Part shown: in pieces, positions 10,986 through 21,999 of the stretch
Position numbering within the stretch: position 1 is the first letter of the stretch
Layout: every line of letters starts with the position of its first letter
Source of the DNA: Malacoraja senta
Lineage: Eukaryota
Reading direction: 5' to 3'
DNA length: 49,101 nucleotides
Assembly: GCA_038087875.1 (NCBI GenBank)
Contig: JAXLNO010004468.1
Coordinates: 186,001-235,101 of the forward strand
Notes under the pieces: generated by a model
The model's input: the letters and a program-made list of their open reading frames with translations, nothing else
Told to the model about the DNA's origin: nothing
Databases searched by the model: none
Made by a program: the position numbers and the translations under genes

Positions 10986-11022
10986 ATGCTGCAGTTACTG
11001 CGTCTTATCATCTCCTTCCACT
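10986..11022 (+). pseudogene. TRBV: TRBV leader exon of inverted unit V3
   Basis: ATG CTG CAG TTA CTG CGT CTT ATC ATC TCC TTC CAC T|GTGAGT (MLQLLRLIISFH), 37 nt, paralogous to the other leaders but on the plus strand. Confidence 0.88.
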
Positions 11023-11625
11023 GTGAGTGAAGATATGCAAAGTATATTTCCTTGCCTTCCTAATCTCCCTCTTTCCCATTCCCCTTCACTCGCTTCAGAT
11101 TGCCTACCTTATATTTTTCTCTCATAATTTTACATATTTCTCTCAGGTCACATCAGTTCCAAATATAACAAACCAAGTCTGTCCAACCTCTCCCTGTAGC
11201 TGAAACCCTCTAATCCATCAGATATTCTGCCCCCTCCCCTTATCATTCCAGCTCATCTCGTCTTTTCCCTATTCAATCCAACCCTTCACTGGTCGGTGCA
11301 CATATGATAGTGGCATTCAAGAGGCTTTTGTATAGGCACAAGGAAGTGCGAGGAATGGAGGAATAAGGATCACGTACTGGTAGATAATTGATAGTTCTGA
11401 CATTGTGTTTGACAAAGACATTACGGGCCGAAGAGCCTGTCCCTGTGCTGTAGTGCAGTGTGTGCTATGTTTTATGTATGTTAAAAAGTCATAGACTAAA
11501 GTCATATAATGATACACTGTGGAAGCAGGACATTCTTGCCAACTCGCCCACACCGGCCAACAATGTCCCAGCCACGCTGATCCCACTTGCCTACGATTGG
11601 TCCATATCCCTCCAAACCTGTCCTA

Positions 11626-12045
11626 TGGGGAAAGATTGAAAATACTAGGCTTGTATTCACTGGAGTTTAGAAGGATGAGGGGGATCTTATAAAAACATAT
11701 AAAATTATGAAAGGGTTGCACAAGCTAGATGCAGGAAAATGTTCCCAATGTTGGGTGAGTCCAGAACCAGGGCCACAGTCTTAGAATAAAGGGGAGGTCA
11801 TTTAAAAATGAGGAGAGAAAAAAGTTTTTCACCCAGAGAGTTGTGAACTTATGCAATTACCTGCCACAGAGGGCAGTGGAGGCCAAATCACTGGATGGAT
11901 TTAAGAGAGAGTTAGATAGAGCTCTAGGGGCTAGTGGAGTCAAGGGTCATGGGGAGAAGCAGGCACGGGTTATTTATAGGAGACGATCAGCCATGATCAG
12001 AATGAATGGCGGTGCAGGCTCGAAGGGCCGAATGGCCTCCTCCTG
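11626..12045 (+). mobile_element. CR1 3' fragment inserted into the minus-strand CR1
   Basis: ggcttgtattcactggagtttagaaggatgagggggg...VNLCNYLPQRAVEAKSLDGFKRELDRAL, then a 3' UTR. Confidence 0.8.
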
Positions 12046-12486
12046 TACCTGTCTAATTATTTCCTAAGCAATGGGATAGTCCCAGCCTCAACTACCTCCT
12101 CTGGCATCTTGTTCCATACAACCGCCACAGTTTGTGTGAAAAAAATACCGCTCGGATTCCTATTATATATCTTTCCCTTCACCATGAACCTGTGTCCTCC
12201 GGTCGTCGATTGCCCCTCTCTGGAGAAATGACTTTGTGCATTCATCTCATGATTTTGTATACCTCTATAAGACCTACCCTCATCCTCCAGCGCTCCATGA
12301 AATAGAGACCCAGCCTCCTCTACCTCTCCATATAGCTCACACCGTCTAGTCCTGGCAACATCCTCGTAAATATTTTCTAAACCCCTTCCAGCTTGACAAT
12401 GTCTTTCCTATAACATGGTTCGCAGAATTGAACACCATATTCTGAATGCGATCTCACGAACGTGTTATACAACTGCATCATGAACA

Positions 12487-13740
12487 TACGTACCAGGGCC
12501 CCATCCCCGAACTCTACCTCCGCTACATTGATGACTGTTTTGGTGCCACCTCCTGCACCCACACACAACTGACTGACTTCATCCGCTTCACCACCAACTT
12601 CCATCTGGCAATCAAATACATCTGGACCATTTCCGACACTTCCTTACCATTGCTTGACCTCACTACCTCCATCGCAGGTGATAGACTTCTTACCGACATC
12701 CACTACAAACCTACCGACTCCCATGGATATCTGGACCTACTTCTTCCCACCCTGCTTCCTGCTTCCCACCCTGCATCCGAAATGTCCTCATTCTTCAGGG
12801 AACAGGGCTGCCCCTCCTCCACCATAGATGAGGCTCGCACCAGGGTGTCTGCCATACCCCGCAACACTGCTCCCTCTCCCCAGCCCCCCACTCACAACAA
12901 GGGCAGAGTCCCCCTAGTCCTCACCTTTCACACCATCAGCCGTCACATGCAACAAGTGATCCTCCGTCAGTTTCGCCACCTCCAACGTGACCCCACCACT
13001 CGCCACATCTTCCCATCTCCCCCCATCTCTGCCTTCCGCAAAGACTCCCTTGTCAATTCTTCCCTTCCCTCCCGTACCACCCCCTCCCCGGGTACTTTCC
13101 CTTGCAACCGCTTGTCCCTTCACCTACCCCCTCGACTCCATTCAAGGACCTAAGCAGTCGTTCCAGGTGCGACAGAGGTTCACCTGCATCTCCTCCAACC
13201 TCATCTATTGCATCCGCTGCTCTAGATGTCAGCTGATCTACATCGGTGAGACCAAGCGGAGGCTGGGCGATCGTTTCGCCGAACACCTCCGGTCGGTCCG
13301 CAATAACCAACCTGACCTCCCGGTGGCTCAGCACTTCAACTCCCCCTCCCATTCCGTATCTGACCTCTCTGTCCTTGGTCTCCTCCATGGCCACAGCGAG
13401 CAACACTGGAAATTGGAGGAAATGCACCTCATATTCCGCTTGGGCAGTCTACATCCTGTGGGCATGAACATTGAATTCTCCCAAGTCTGCTATCCCTTGC
13501 TGTTCCCTCCCCTTCATCAGCCCTCTGGTTGTCTCCTCTCATCCCCCAGCCCTCGGGCTCCTCCTCCGCCTTTTTTCCTTTGTTCCTTTCTTCTCCCCAC
13601 CCCCTATCAATCTGAAGAAGTGTTTCGGCCCGAAACTTTGCCTATTTCCTTTGCTCCATAGATGCTGCTGCACCCGCTGAGTTTCTCCAGCATTTTTGTG
13701 TACCTTCGATTTTCCAGCATCTGCAGTTCCTTCTTTAACA
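12487..13740 (+). mobile_element. Penelope-like element, 5'-truncated (RT C-terminus + GIY-YIG), same family as 44041-46105
   Basis: YLRYIDDCFG and NLIYCIRCSRCQLIYIGETKRRLGDRFAEH, with frameshifts. The 3' end is nearly identical to the 44041 copy. Confidence 0.92.
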
Positions 13741-16700
13741 CTTTATATACTCAATACTCTGACTGACGAGGACCAATGGGCCAAACGCCTTTTTGACCAC
13801 CTAATCAACCTGCGATCCGACCGTCAAGGAACCATGCACCTGTACTAGATTCCTCAGCTCTACAACACCTCCCAGAGGCCTACCATTTATTGTGTAGGTC
13901 CTGCCCTTGTTCGACGTCCCAAAATCCAACACCTCACAATTTTCTGTATTAAATTCCATCAACCATGCCTCCGCCCACCTGGTCAATCGATCCAGTTCCT
14001 GCTGCAAACTTCACTGTGTGCAAAACCACTACCTTTTGTATCATCAGCAAACTTGCTAATCTTGCCCTATATGTTCTCATCCAAATGAATGATGTAGATG
14101 ACAAAGAATAAAGGGCCCAACACCGAACCATGAGGTCCACATCACTAGTCACAGGCCACCAGTTTGAGAAGCAACCTTCCACCATCACCCTCTGCTTCCT
14201 TCCATGGAGCCAATTTTCTATCCATTCAGCTGTCTCTCCTTGGATCCCATGCTATCTAACCTCCCAGAGCAGCCTAACTTACGGAATCTTGTCGAAGGCC
14301 TTACTGAAGTTCATGCACACAACATCCACAGCTGTTCCCTCATCAACCTTTTTGGTCACGTCTTAAAAAAATTAATCAGATTTGTGAGGCACGATCTCCC
14401 AAGTAAAAAAACTTGCTGACTATCAGGAATCAGCCCTTGCCCATCCAAATGCCTGTATAACCAATCCCTCAGGATTCTCACCAGTAACTTTGTAACTGCA
14501 GATGTTAAGCTCACCGGCCTATAGATCCCAGCATTTCCGTGCACCCTTTTTGAAAAGAGGCACAACATTTTCACACTCCAGTCTTCCGGCACCTCTCCTG
14601 CATTTAAGGACGACACGTAAGATTTAAAACATGACTCCAGCAATTTCCTTTCTAGTTTCTCGCAATGTTTACGGATTTATATGATCAGGCCCTAGAGATG
14701 TGTCTTTCAAACACGACAGTACCTTCAGTACAACTTCGACGGCAACCCTGATTGCACTCAAGACACTTCCAGTGACTTCTCCAATTTCTTCCGTCCTACT
14801 GTCTTTCTCCTCGGTAAATACAGAGGAGAAATTCTAATTTAGGATCTTTCTCAACTCCCGTGGCTACTCACAGAGCTGAGCACTTTGAATCCTGAGACTG
14901 CCACTCTATCTCTAGTTACACTTTCCCCCTTTATGTACTGTATTTATACAATATTTTGGGATTATCCTTAATGCTACACACCAGAGCAATCTCCTGGCCC
15001 CCTTCTGCCCTTCTGATTTATTTTTTAATTTATTCCTTAGCTTCCAAAACGCCTCCAGGGATGCACTTGATCCCAGCTGCCTATGCTTGTCCCATGCATC
15101 CTTCTTGTTTTTGACTGATGTCCCAATTTCCCTCGTCAGCCAAGTATTCTTGCGTTTGCTTTGTCCTTCACTTTAACAGGGACGTACACATCATGAGCTT
15201 CAGTACACATTTAAAATCATCCCACTAGCCCGATGTTCCTTTCGCCTCAAAAAACCTGATCCAGTCAACTTGAGCGAGTCATTCTCTCATAGCCTCAAAG
15301 TTGGCCTTACACCAGTTGTGCATTTTAACACGTGGACCCGATCCGTCCCTATCCATAACTATATTAAAACTAATAGTAAGATTAAACGAGAACTTACCTA
15401 AGTTTGAAGTTTGATCTTTATTTTATGAGGAGTTACGTTGGTGATTACGTGAAGAACCCCGCCAGTGCGCCTGCGCGTCAATCTTCGAAGCAGCGGTGTG
15501 AAATCACAAAAAACAACAAGCGAAGTAATATAGCATTATAATAAAACGAGTAATACAAGAACTTCCATCTGACCTTTATGATAGAGGGTTGGGTCGTGGT
15601 GTGCACGTAATCACCAACGTAACTCCTCATAAAATAAAGATCAAACTTCAAACTTAGGTAAGTTGTCGTTTAATCTTACTATTTTACTTCGGAGTCACGT
15701 GAGCTTTGTGATTTCATGCCGCAGACAAATCCCGGCTTCTCACTGCATTGATTGACTCGGAACGAGAATATTCAATAATGCATTAATAATAACATTTGTA
15801 CCACAAATGCAGTAATTCGTTTATTGGAATAAAATAATTAATAGTATCCCCTTTAACCCAGGGAAAATTAAGCAGAACTTAATATAGTATCTGCAAACAG
15901 CCCCGTATTGGCAAATCCCGATGGTAAAAGTGTTGAAACACCAACTTATTAGATCACTCGGCGGCTGTGAGAATATGATCGACGGGACTTCCTTCGCCCT
16001 GGTCGTCAATGTTGCTGCTAAACTGAATGGAATGTAAAACCATCAATGTTCACACGTGCAGCAACCATAACTTGTTTTTAACCATCTTAAAATAGTCTAA
16101 ACTGACACTATCTTGTATGGTTTTTCGTGAATGATAAACAATCTTGTTTTCATATTTCATAAGATCTTTGTAGCCTCAATTTTTGCAATAAATATGTCTT
16201 AACATATAGACATGGATCCATAGAATATGTTAATAAAACAATCTTGAATCCTGTCACACCTGATCCTACTTCATTTGAGTAGTTCATACAATGTAAAACA
16301 TAACATAATCCTGAGGTACTTCTGTGTATCTGTAACTTTGTAATGTTACAAGTGCCATAAACATGACTACCTTCATGCTGAACTTGGCCAAATCAGAATC
16401 GTACCAAGACTCCTTTGATGAAGTAGCTTAAAACAATTCTATATTCCAGATTGCCTCCTAGGTTTAGAAGTTCTGGAATTAAAATTCCTTTCATTAATCT
16501 GGAAATAAAAGAACGAGACTCAACATGATGTCTTTCCAACCTCATCAAATAAAAACGAGGAATAATATACTTCTGTGTGAATAAATCGCACTATCCTTCA
16601 ACCCATTAAATAGAGGTCAATCCAAGATATTTGAGACATGTGCCGTACAACATTTCCATATTCTTTTATACACAGAACCCCCCCCCCCCTCATTCTTTAC

Positions 16701-19700
16701 ATAATGGGAAAGCAGTATTTACAGAGTCACAACTCAGATTCACAAATGTACTGCTTTTGAGTACTCTTCCGCCAGACTGCTGTAAGCATGTCCACAGCAT
16801 GCCCAGAAAAATCCTCTTTTTTAAAACCTGCATCCATACAGGCATATGACGGATGTTACTCTCCAATTATCGAATACACCAGTAACTTCCTTCTTTTGGG
16901 AACATTTATCAGAAACTGTGTCATAAATTCCAATATCAAAGTGAACCATGGCTGCGTAGACCCGTCTGGTACCACGAATACCCCAGAGGCAGCATACTGC
17001 TTCGTTTTAAGCAGACACCGATTTATGAGACAGGATGCAGTAAAATGCATATAGCAACATACCATCCTAATATAGCGAGAAACATCCATCGCTATTGTCT
17101 CCCGATGTAGTCCCATAACACATATCTCTGTAACTGGTGATTGAGTCTGGATGGAAACAAGTCATATCTGACTATTATATCATTTAAAAATCTTAAGGTT
17201 AAACATCCATACTTTGTTATCATGGAAATTCCACCCATACAATTAATACATGCCATTGCTGTAGTGTTGTTAATTTGAAATTGAACATGCAGATTAGTTG
17301 TATTTAACAACAAGCTTGTAGCTCATAAGCCTTCCAATAGACTTTAAAACGTAGATTTTACTTCGGAGTCACGATGAGGGATTACGTGAAGAACCCGTCC
17401 AGCACGCATGCGCGAAATTAGCGTTCACGCAGTGCAACAGCGACGAACGGGAGTACAGGCGCTCCCGCTACAAGTTTAAACGAACCATCAGGTAAGTACT
17501 TACTCTGAGGCCGTATTCAAGAACCTTTGCTCTGCTTTGTCAATTCCAGGCAAGAAGCTGGGGAAACTGAGCAAAGCACGGCAAGGGAAAAATACCGCCC
17601 ACCGTTCGACTCCAACGGAACGGGAGTGTCCCATCAGTGGGGGGCGAGAGGCGGCACCTGAACCGCACATGCTGCGGCACACCCTCATTGAGACCGAGCC
17701 GAGCCCAGTACCGCTAGCGCAGCCTGACCAACAGCAGCGGACTGGAGGCAAATCAAGACAAAAAAAACTAACCGGCCGGTTATTTCTGACTCCAATGAGG
17801 AGGACTCTCCGCCTTAGAGCGGCAGAGCTAGCCGCCTGAGCCGCATGGAAAGGCTCATGGACCAAGTGCTCCAGCGAGACTTGCTTCGGGAGCTGGAGCA
17901 GTCTCGCCAAGGGAACTCAGGCACTCCCACATCAGTGCTCTACAATGCACTGGCCATCGCTTCCCCCTCAGCCGAGGGCAGCATTGGTGACCAGGGCTGG
18001 GCTGCTCAGGAACAGGGGTCATTGGCTGAAGATGTCGGGAGTAGGCTTGGGATACAGGATCAGGAAGAGCTGCTGGGTGTGGTGAATCGCTACGTGGTTA
18101 CACCACGAGCAGGGCGGCCGTTGCATCCAAAACTGGCGGCCAGCATTAACCACCTGTCCCTAAAACCACTATAAGAAGAGAAAATCTGGGGGTATGTTGG
18201 ACAGAGTATCCGGAAACAGGAGCTAAAATTACACGTATCCTCAAGCTCCTGACGACAAGGATAACATCCTATGCTCGTTCCGTGGATGCGGTGGATGACC
18301 ACCAACCAGCAAGACACTCTGGCTCTGCTGTGCAACACTCAATATGAGATAAACAACCTCGGCAAGGAGAGAATAAGACCTGCCCTCAATCCCAAATATG
18401 CAGGACTGTGTACAACACCGGCCTAAGAGCCGCAGATCCTGTTATTTGGAAAAGACTTGACAAGTGAAAGACCTGGAGGAAGAGTCCAAAGCATTTGGCC
18501 TCATGAGGGCAGGCCCCGGAAGGAGCAGACCCACACAACCCAGACGGCAGTACCCCACCGCGTCCACCAGTCGACGTCAAACTTATGGGACTGGTGAAAG
18601 CTCGGGGTCCGCATACCATCCCCGAAAGCCTTTTTTAGGCCAGGGCCCAGAGCGGACCACATGTAAAATGCGCCATCCCCAACCAGCAGTACATGCAGCA
18701 GTACAACGACGGATGAAGAAACTGAAGAAAGGAACACTTCCATAATTATGGAGGTAGGTGGGTCTGGTTCCTACCAGCATATAAAAAGTGGGGGAACTGT
18801 ACTAACAGGGGAGATTACACCTGTTCATTGAAGCATGGAGGTCTGTCACGAATTATAGTTATATATTTAACAGTATTCGTGGATACAAAATAGAGTTCAT
18901 TCAAGAAAATATGCCACCAGTTCAGCATGTACCCCAAAGGGTCTTTACCCTCTCAGTCAAAGAAAAACTAGAGGGTCAAGCAGAACCAGTGAGGTTACTT
19001 ACAAAGTGTATCATTGACAAATCCAAACATGAACCTTTGGAATTTGTCTCAAATATATTTACCAAAGACAAAATAGATGGTGGATGTCGCATCATCATTG
19101 ACTTCACTAAATACCTTTGTTAAGTATGTACATTTCAAAATGGAAACATTTGTACTGCCAAACAACTGATTTCCAAAGGATACTTTATGGCAGGTATTGA
19201 TTTAAAATATGCCTACTATACAGTACCCATTCCAAAGGGTGATCACAGATACCTGAAATTTACCTGGATGGGGCAACTATGGCAGTTTAAAGCTTGCCTA
19301 AATGGGTTAACATCAGCCCAAGACTATTTACCAATATATTAAACCGGCCTTGGCAACATTGAGAAAACAGAGACATATTGTCATGGCATATCTTGATGAT
19401 ATTCTAATAGTAGGCAGAACCATGGAGTTGGCTCAATCAGCTGTATTAGCTAACAAGCAATTGTTTGAAACCCTGTGATTTGTCATACATCCAGTTAAAT
19501 CTAAGTTGACGCCATCCACAACTATGGACTATCTGGGATTCACGATTAACTCAGTCCACATGTCCGTAACGTTGCCAAAAGATAAAGCAGCAGACTTGGC
19601 ACAGACGTGTAACAATTTAATGGTTCGCAATCGACCAACCATCGGAAAAGTGGCAAGAGTAATTGGCAAAATGGTAGCAGCATTTCCAGCTACACAATTT

Positions 19701-19926
19701 GGACCCTGCACTATCAAAACCTACAAAGGGCAACAGTACAGGCATTAAAACGCCATGCAGGTCACTTTGACCGGACCATGAAATTACCCATTGAAGTTAT
19801 ATCAGAGTTCCAGTGGTGGATAGAACACATTTGGCATAGTTCCAGCCCTATCATCATCAATAACCCAACATTAACTATACAAACAGATGCCAGTGCTCAA
19901 GGCTGGGGAGCAACTAATACCATATC

Positions 19927-20295
19927 TTTTGGGTGAACTGGGGTTGGGGACTGGACATTGTGCCTTCCCCCACAGTGGTAATCATTGTGGGGGGATGATT
20001 TTTTGTGTGTTGTGTCAATGTTAGTCTGTGTTCAAGATAGCGGTCGGAGGGGAGAGTGGACGCTGGCGCGGTTTAGCTGCCGCTGCTCTCTCCTCAAATT
20101 GTGTTTCTGATTTTCTTTTTATGTGTCTTTGGAAAGAATTCTGTCCTTAATTTGTGTATTGGTCTTTATAATTTATTTTATTCTGATTATATGTTTCCTA
20201 TTTGTAATTATAAATTTCCTATTTCCTCTGTAAGGTGTCCTTGAGACCTCGGTATAAGGCGCCCGTAAATAAAAGCTATTATTATTATTATTATT
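19927..20295 (+). mobile_element. L2-type LINE/SINE 3' fragment with (TAT)n tail and 5-bp TSD
   Basis: Ends ctgtaaggtgtccttgag...taaggcgcccgtaaataaaagc(tat)n and is flanked by ATATC at 19922-19926 and 20296-20300. Removing it restores the RNase H frame GWGATNTISSTGGRW. Confidence 0.8.
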
Positions 20296-21030
20296 ATATC
20301 CAGCACAGGTGGTAGATGGACTAACCTACAATCATCTTTGCTACAAACACTGGGCTTAAATTATTTGGAAATGTTGGGTGCGTTTTATGGCTTAAAAGCA
20401 TATTCTACACATATGCACCATTTGCATGTTCGTTACCAATTGATAATACCATGGTGGTGGTCTATGTTAAACCATATGGGCGGAATAAAATCGATATCAT
20501 GTGACAATTTGGTCAACAAAATCTGGCAATGGTGTGTCGATAGACATATTTGGCTATCAGCAACTTACCTACCAGGTCAGCTAAATACAGTGGCAGACAC
20601 CAGGTCACGCAAATTCAATGATAAACACCGAATGGATGTTAAATCCTAGAGCTTTTGCTAAAATTACAAAGCAATATGGCACACCAGATATCGATCTCTT
20701 TGCATCCAGACTAAATCATCAGGTACCAATGTATGTCGTTTGGGTACCTGACCTGAGGCAGCAGCGATAGATTCATTTGCGCTGAACTGTGGAAACTATT
20801 TCGTTTATGCTTTCCCCCCTTCTGCCTCATCAGTAGGGTACTACGCAAAATACAGATGGACTCTGCTTCAGGTATTTTGATAGTACCAACTGGCCTACAC
20901 AGCCATGGTTCCCAGTGGTCCTCGATATGGTCATCGAAACTCCTATGACCTTTCCCAGTAGCCCAGACCTATTGACGCACCCGGTATCAGGCATAAGTCA
21001 TCCATGCCATGACAAAATTAACCTACTGGG

Positions 21031-21999
21031 TTGCAGATTATCAGAAGACAACTGCTAGGCCTGGGATTGTCTGACAGGACCATCAACACGATGACAGCGT
21101 ACCACCGTATGTCCACCAGGAAACAATACCTATCGAGCATCAGGAAGTGGGAAAGATACTGCTCGACTACTGGGACAACATACTCATCTGCAACCATAAC
21201 CAATGTACTAGAGTTCCTGAGGGGCCTTCGCCATATTGAAGGATTGAGCTACAGCGCCATCAATACTGCCAGAAGTGCTCTGTCAGCCTACTTAAAACAA
21301 GTACCAGGACAACAGGCCATAGGCTCTCACCCGCTGGTGATCAAACTCATGAGGGGTATATTCAACTACAACCCCCCTAGACCTAGGTACACCCAAATCT
21401 GGTATGTCAGTGTGGTCCTGACATACCTAAGGGGATGGTCACCAGCCAGGTCTCTCACCCTGGTACAGCTAACCCTGAAAACGGTCATGCTGATGGCACT
21501 AGTCTCAGCACAAAGAGCCCAATCCCCCCACTTACTGCGACTGGACAACATGGTTATAACACCAGACCGGGTCTCATTCACCATTCAGGAGCTGCTGAAG
21601 CAGAGCAGGCCAGGAATTTCAGGCCTAGTTATGGATTTCCGGGCATACCCATCTGACCCACGGTTCTGTGTCATGACTCACCTACTCACTTACATCAGCA
21701 CAACAAGAGATTCCCGAGGGAGAGGAAAAGCCTTATGGGTCAGCCACAAGAAACCTAATGGTCGGGTGTCAAGCCAAACCATCTCAAGATGGCTCAAACA
21801 TGTGCTGGGAGCTGCTGGAGTAGATACTGATGTATATACATCTCACTCCACCAGGGCAGCATCCACATCGGCGGCTAAAAGGATGGACGTACCACTGGCC
21901 CACATCCTGGCTACAGCGGGGTGGTCCGTGGAGAAAACGTTCCAAACGTTCTACAACAAGCCGCTAGCAGAACCTGTGTTATTTGCAGAAAGAGTATAG
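21031..21999 (+). CDS. DIRS tyrosine recombinase, uninterrupted 322-aa ORF
   Basis: SYSAINTARSALS, AQR (Arg), HSTR, AGW and terminal FY match the YR catalytic R-H-R-W-Y set. Confidence 0.92.
   Translation: MQIIRRQLLGLGLSDRTINTMTAYHRMSTRKQYLSSIRKWERYCSTTGTTYSSATITNVLEFLRGLRHIEGLSYSAINTARSALSAYLKQVPGQQAIGSHPLVIKLMRGIFNYNPPRPRYTQIWYVSVVLTYLRGWSPARSLTLVQLTLKTVMLMALVSAQRAQSPHLLRLDNMVITPDRVSFTIQELLKQSRPGISGLVMDFRAYPSDPRFCVMTHLLTYISTTRDSRGRGKALWVSHKKPNGRVSSQTISRWLKHVLGAAGVDTDVYTSHSTRAASTSAAKRMDVPLAHILATAGWSVEKTFQTFYNKPLAEPVLFAERV

Larger units (their letters stand above)
11490..15371 (-). mobile_element. Degenerate CR1 LINE (host element), interrupted by CR1, PLE and DIRS insertions; resumes at 25272-25330
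   Basis: Fragments MQLYNTFVRSHSEYGVQFCEPCYRKDIVKLE, MQQELDRLTRWAEAWLMEFN and EVPEDW...YRPVSLTSAVTKLL. Sequence is continuous across each insertion site. Confidence 0.85.
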
